Below, one piece after another: positions 34,268 through 34,356 of a stretch of DNA of 34,356 nt. Source of the DNA: an uncultured Limnohabitans sp. GTDB taxonomy: Bacteria > Bacteroidota > Bacteroidia > Cytophagales > Cyclobacteriaceae. The position numbers and the translations under genes are program-made. The notes beneath the pieces were generated by a model, which was not told the DNA's origin, ran no database searches, and worked only from the letters and a program-made list of their open reading frames with translations. Positions within the stretch are counted from its first letter, which is position 1, and each line of letters starts with the position of its first letter. The stretch spans positions 1 through 34,356 of the forward strand of contig CAYNIK010000001.1 in assembly GCA_964397145.1 (NCBI GenBank), written 5' to 3'.

Positions 34268-34356
34268 ATGGCTTTTCAACTTCCTGCCCTTCCCTATGCA
34301 CTTGATGCATTGGAACCACACATCGATGCACGTACCATGGAAATCCACCATGGAAA
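34268..34356 (+). CDS. sodA: Fe/Mn superoxide dismutase, 3'-truncated by window edge (absent from ORF track)
   Basis: Manual translation gives [29 protein letters not shown], the canonical Fe/Mn-SOD N-terminus. Metal specificity cannot be read from this fragment. Confidence 0.92.
   Translation, partial: MAFQLPALPYALDALEPHIDARTMEIHHG

Noticed and set aside
1-34356. CRISPR arrays, tRNA/rRNA genes, IS elements, prophage or defence systems
   Set aside because: No periodic repeat-spacer structure, cloverleaf, transposase, integrase or nuclease motifs were seen. The 2H phosphoesterase, DHH protein and deaminase sit in housekeeping contexts and do not form a defence cassette.

Overview
Gene-dense chromosomal window from a Bacteroidota genome, most likely Cytophagales/Cyclobacteriaceae (Algoriphagus-like). 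The lineage call is inferred from TAnnTTTG -7 promoter boxes, generally absent Shine-Dalgarno motifs, many lipoprotein signal peptides and the gene order. It holds 38 CDSs (both end genes truncated): TPR-lptC-small TM protein-CorC/hemolysin-PpiD-like chaperone; DUF493-phhB-rsmI-suhB; an AEC transporter; two small unknown ORFs; glyA-tatC-rpiB; an S8 lipoprotein peptidase; rbfA-LolC/E-like permease-solA-ABC exporter; an orphan wcaJ flanked by two methyltransferases; a 2H phosphoesterase; crtD; ndk; nrnA plus three FKBP lipoproteins; an LKR/saccharopine dehydrogenase-like enzyme; deoC; a Na/Pi symporter; a PiT-like membrane protein; tadA; and a partial superoxide dismutase missing from the ORF track. 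I found no rRNA, tRNA, CRISPR, transposase, integrase or defence genes, so this is mostly core genome. The best leads are: (i) a divergent pair of an SLC34-type Na/Pi symporter and a cryptic PiT-fold protein sharing a Pho-box-like repeat, (ii) three tandem lipoprotein FKBPs that each carry an archaeal-type bulge insertion, (iii) a lipid-anchored and apparently leaderless LptC inside an envelope operon, (iv) a nested hairpin/palindrome upstream of glyA, and (v) repeated terminator-less convergent TTAG stop overlaps. All family calls come from motif recognition by eye; no database searches were run.
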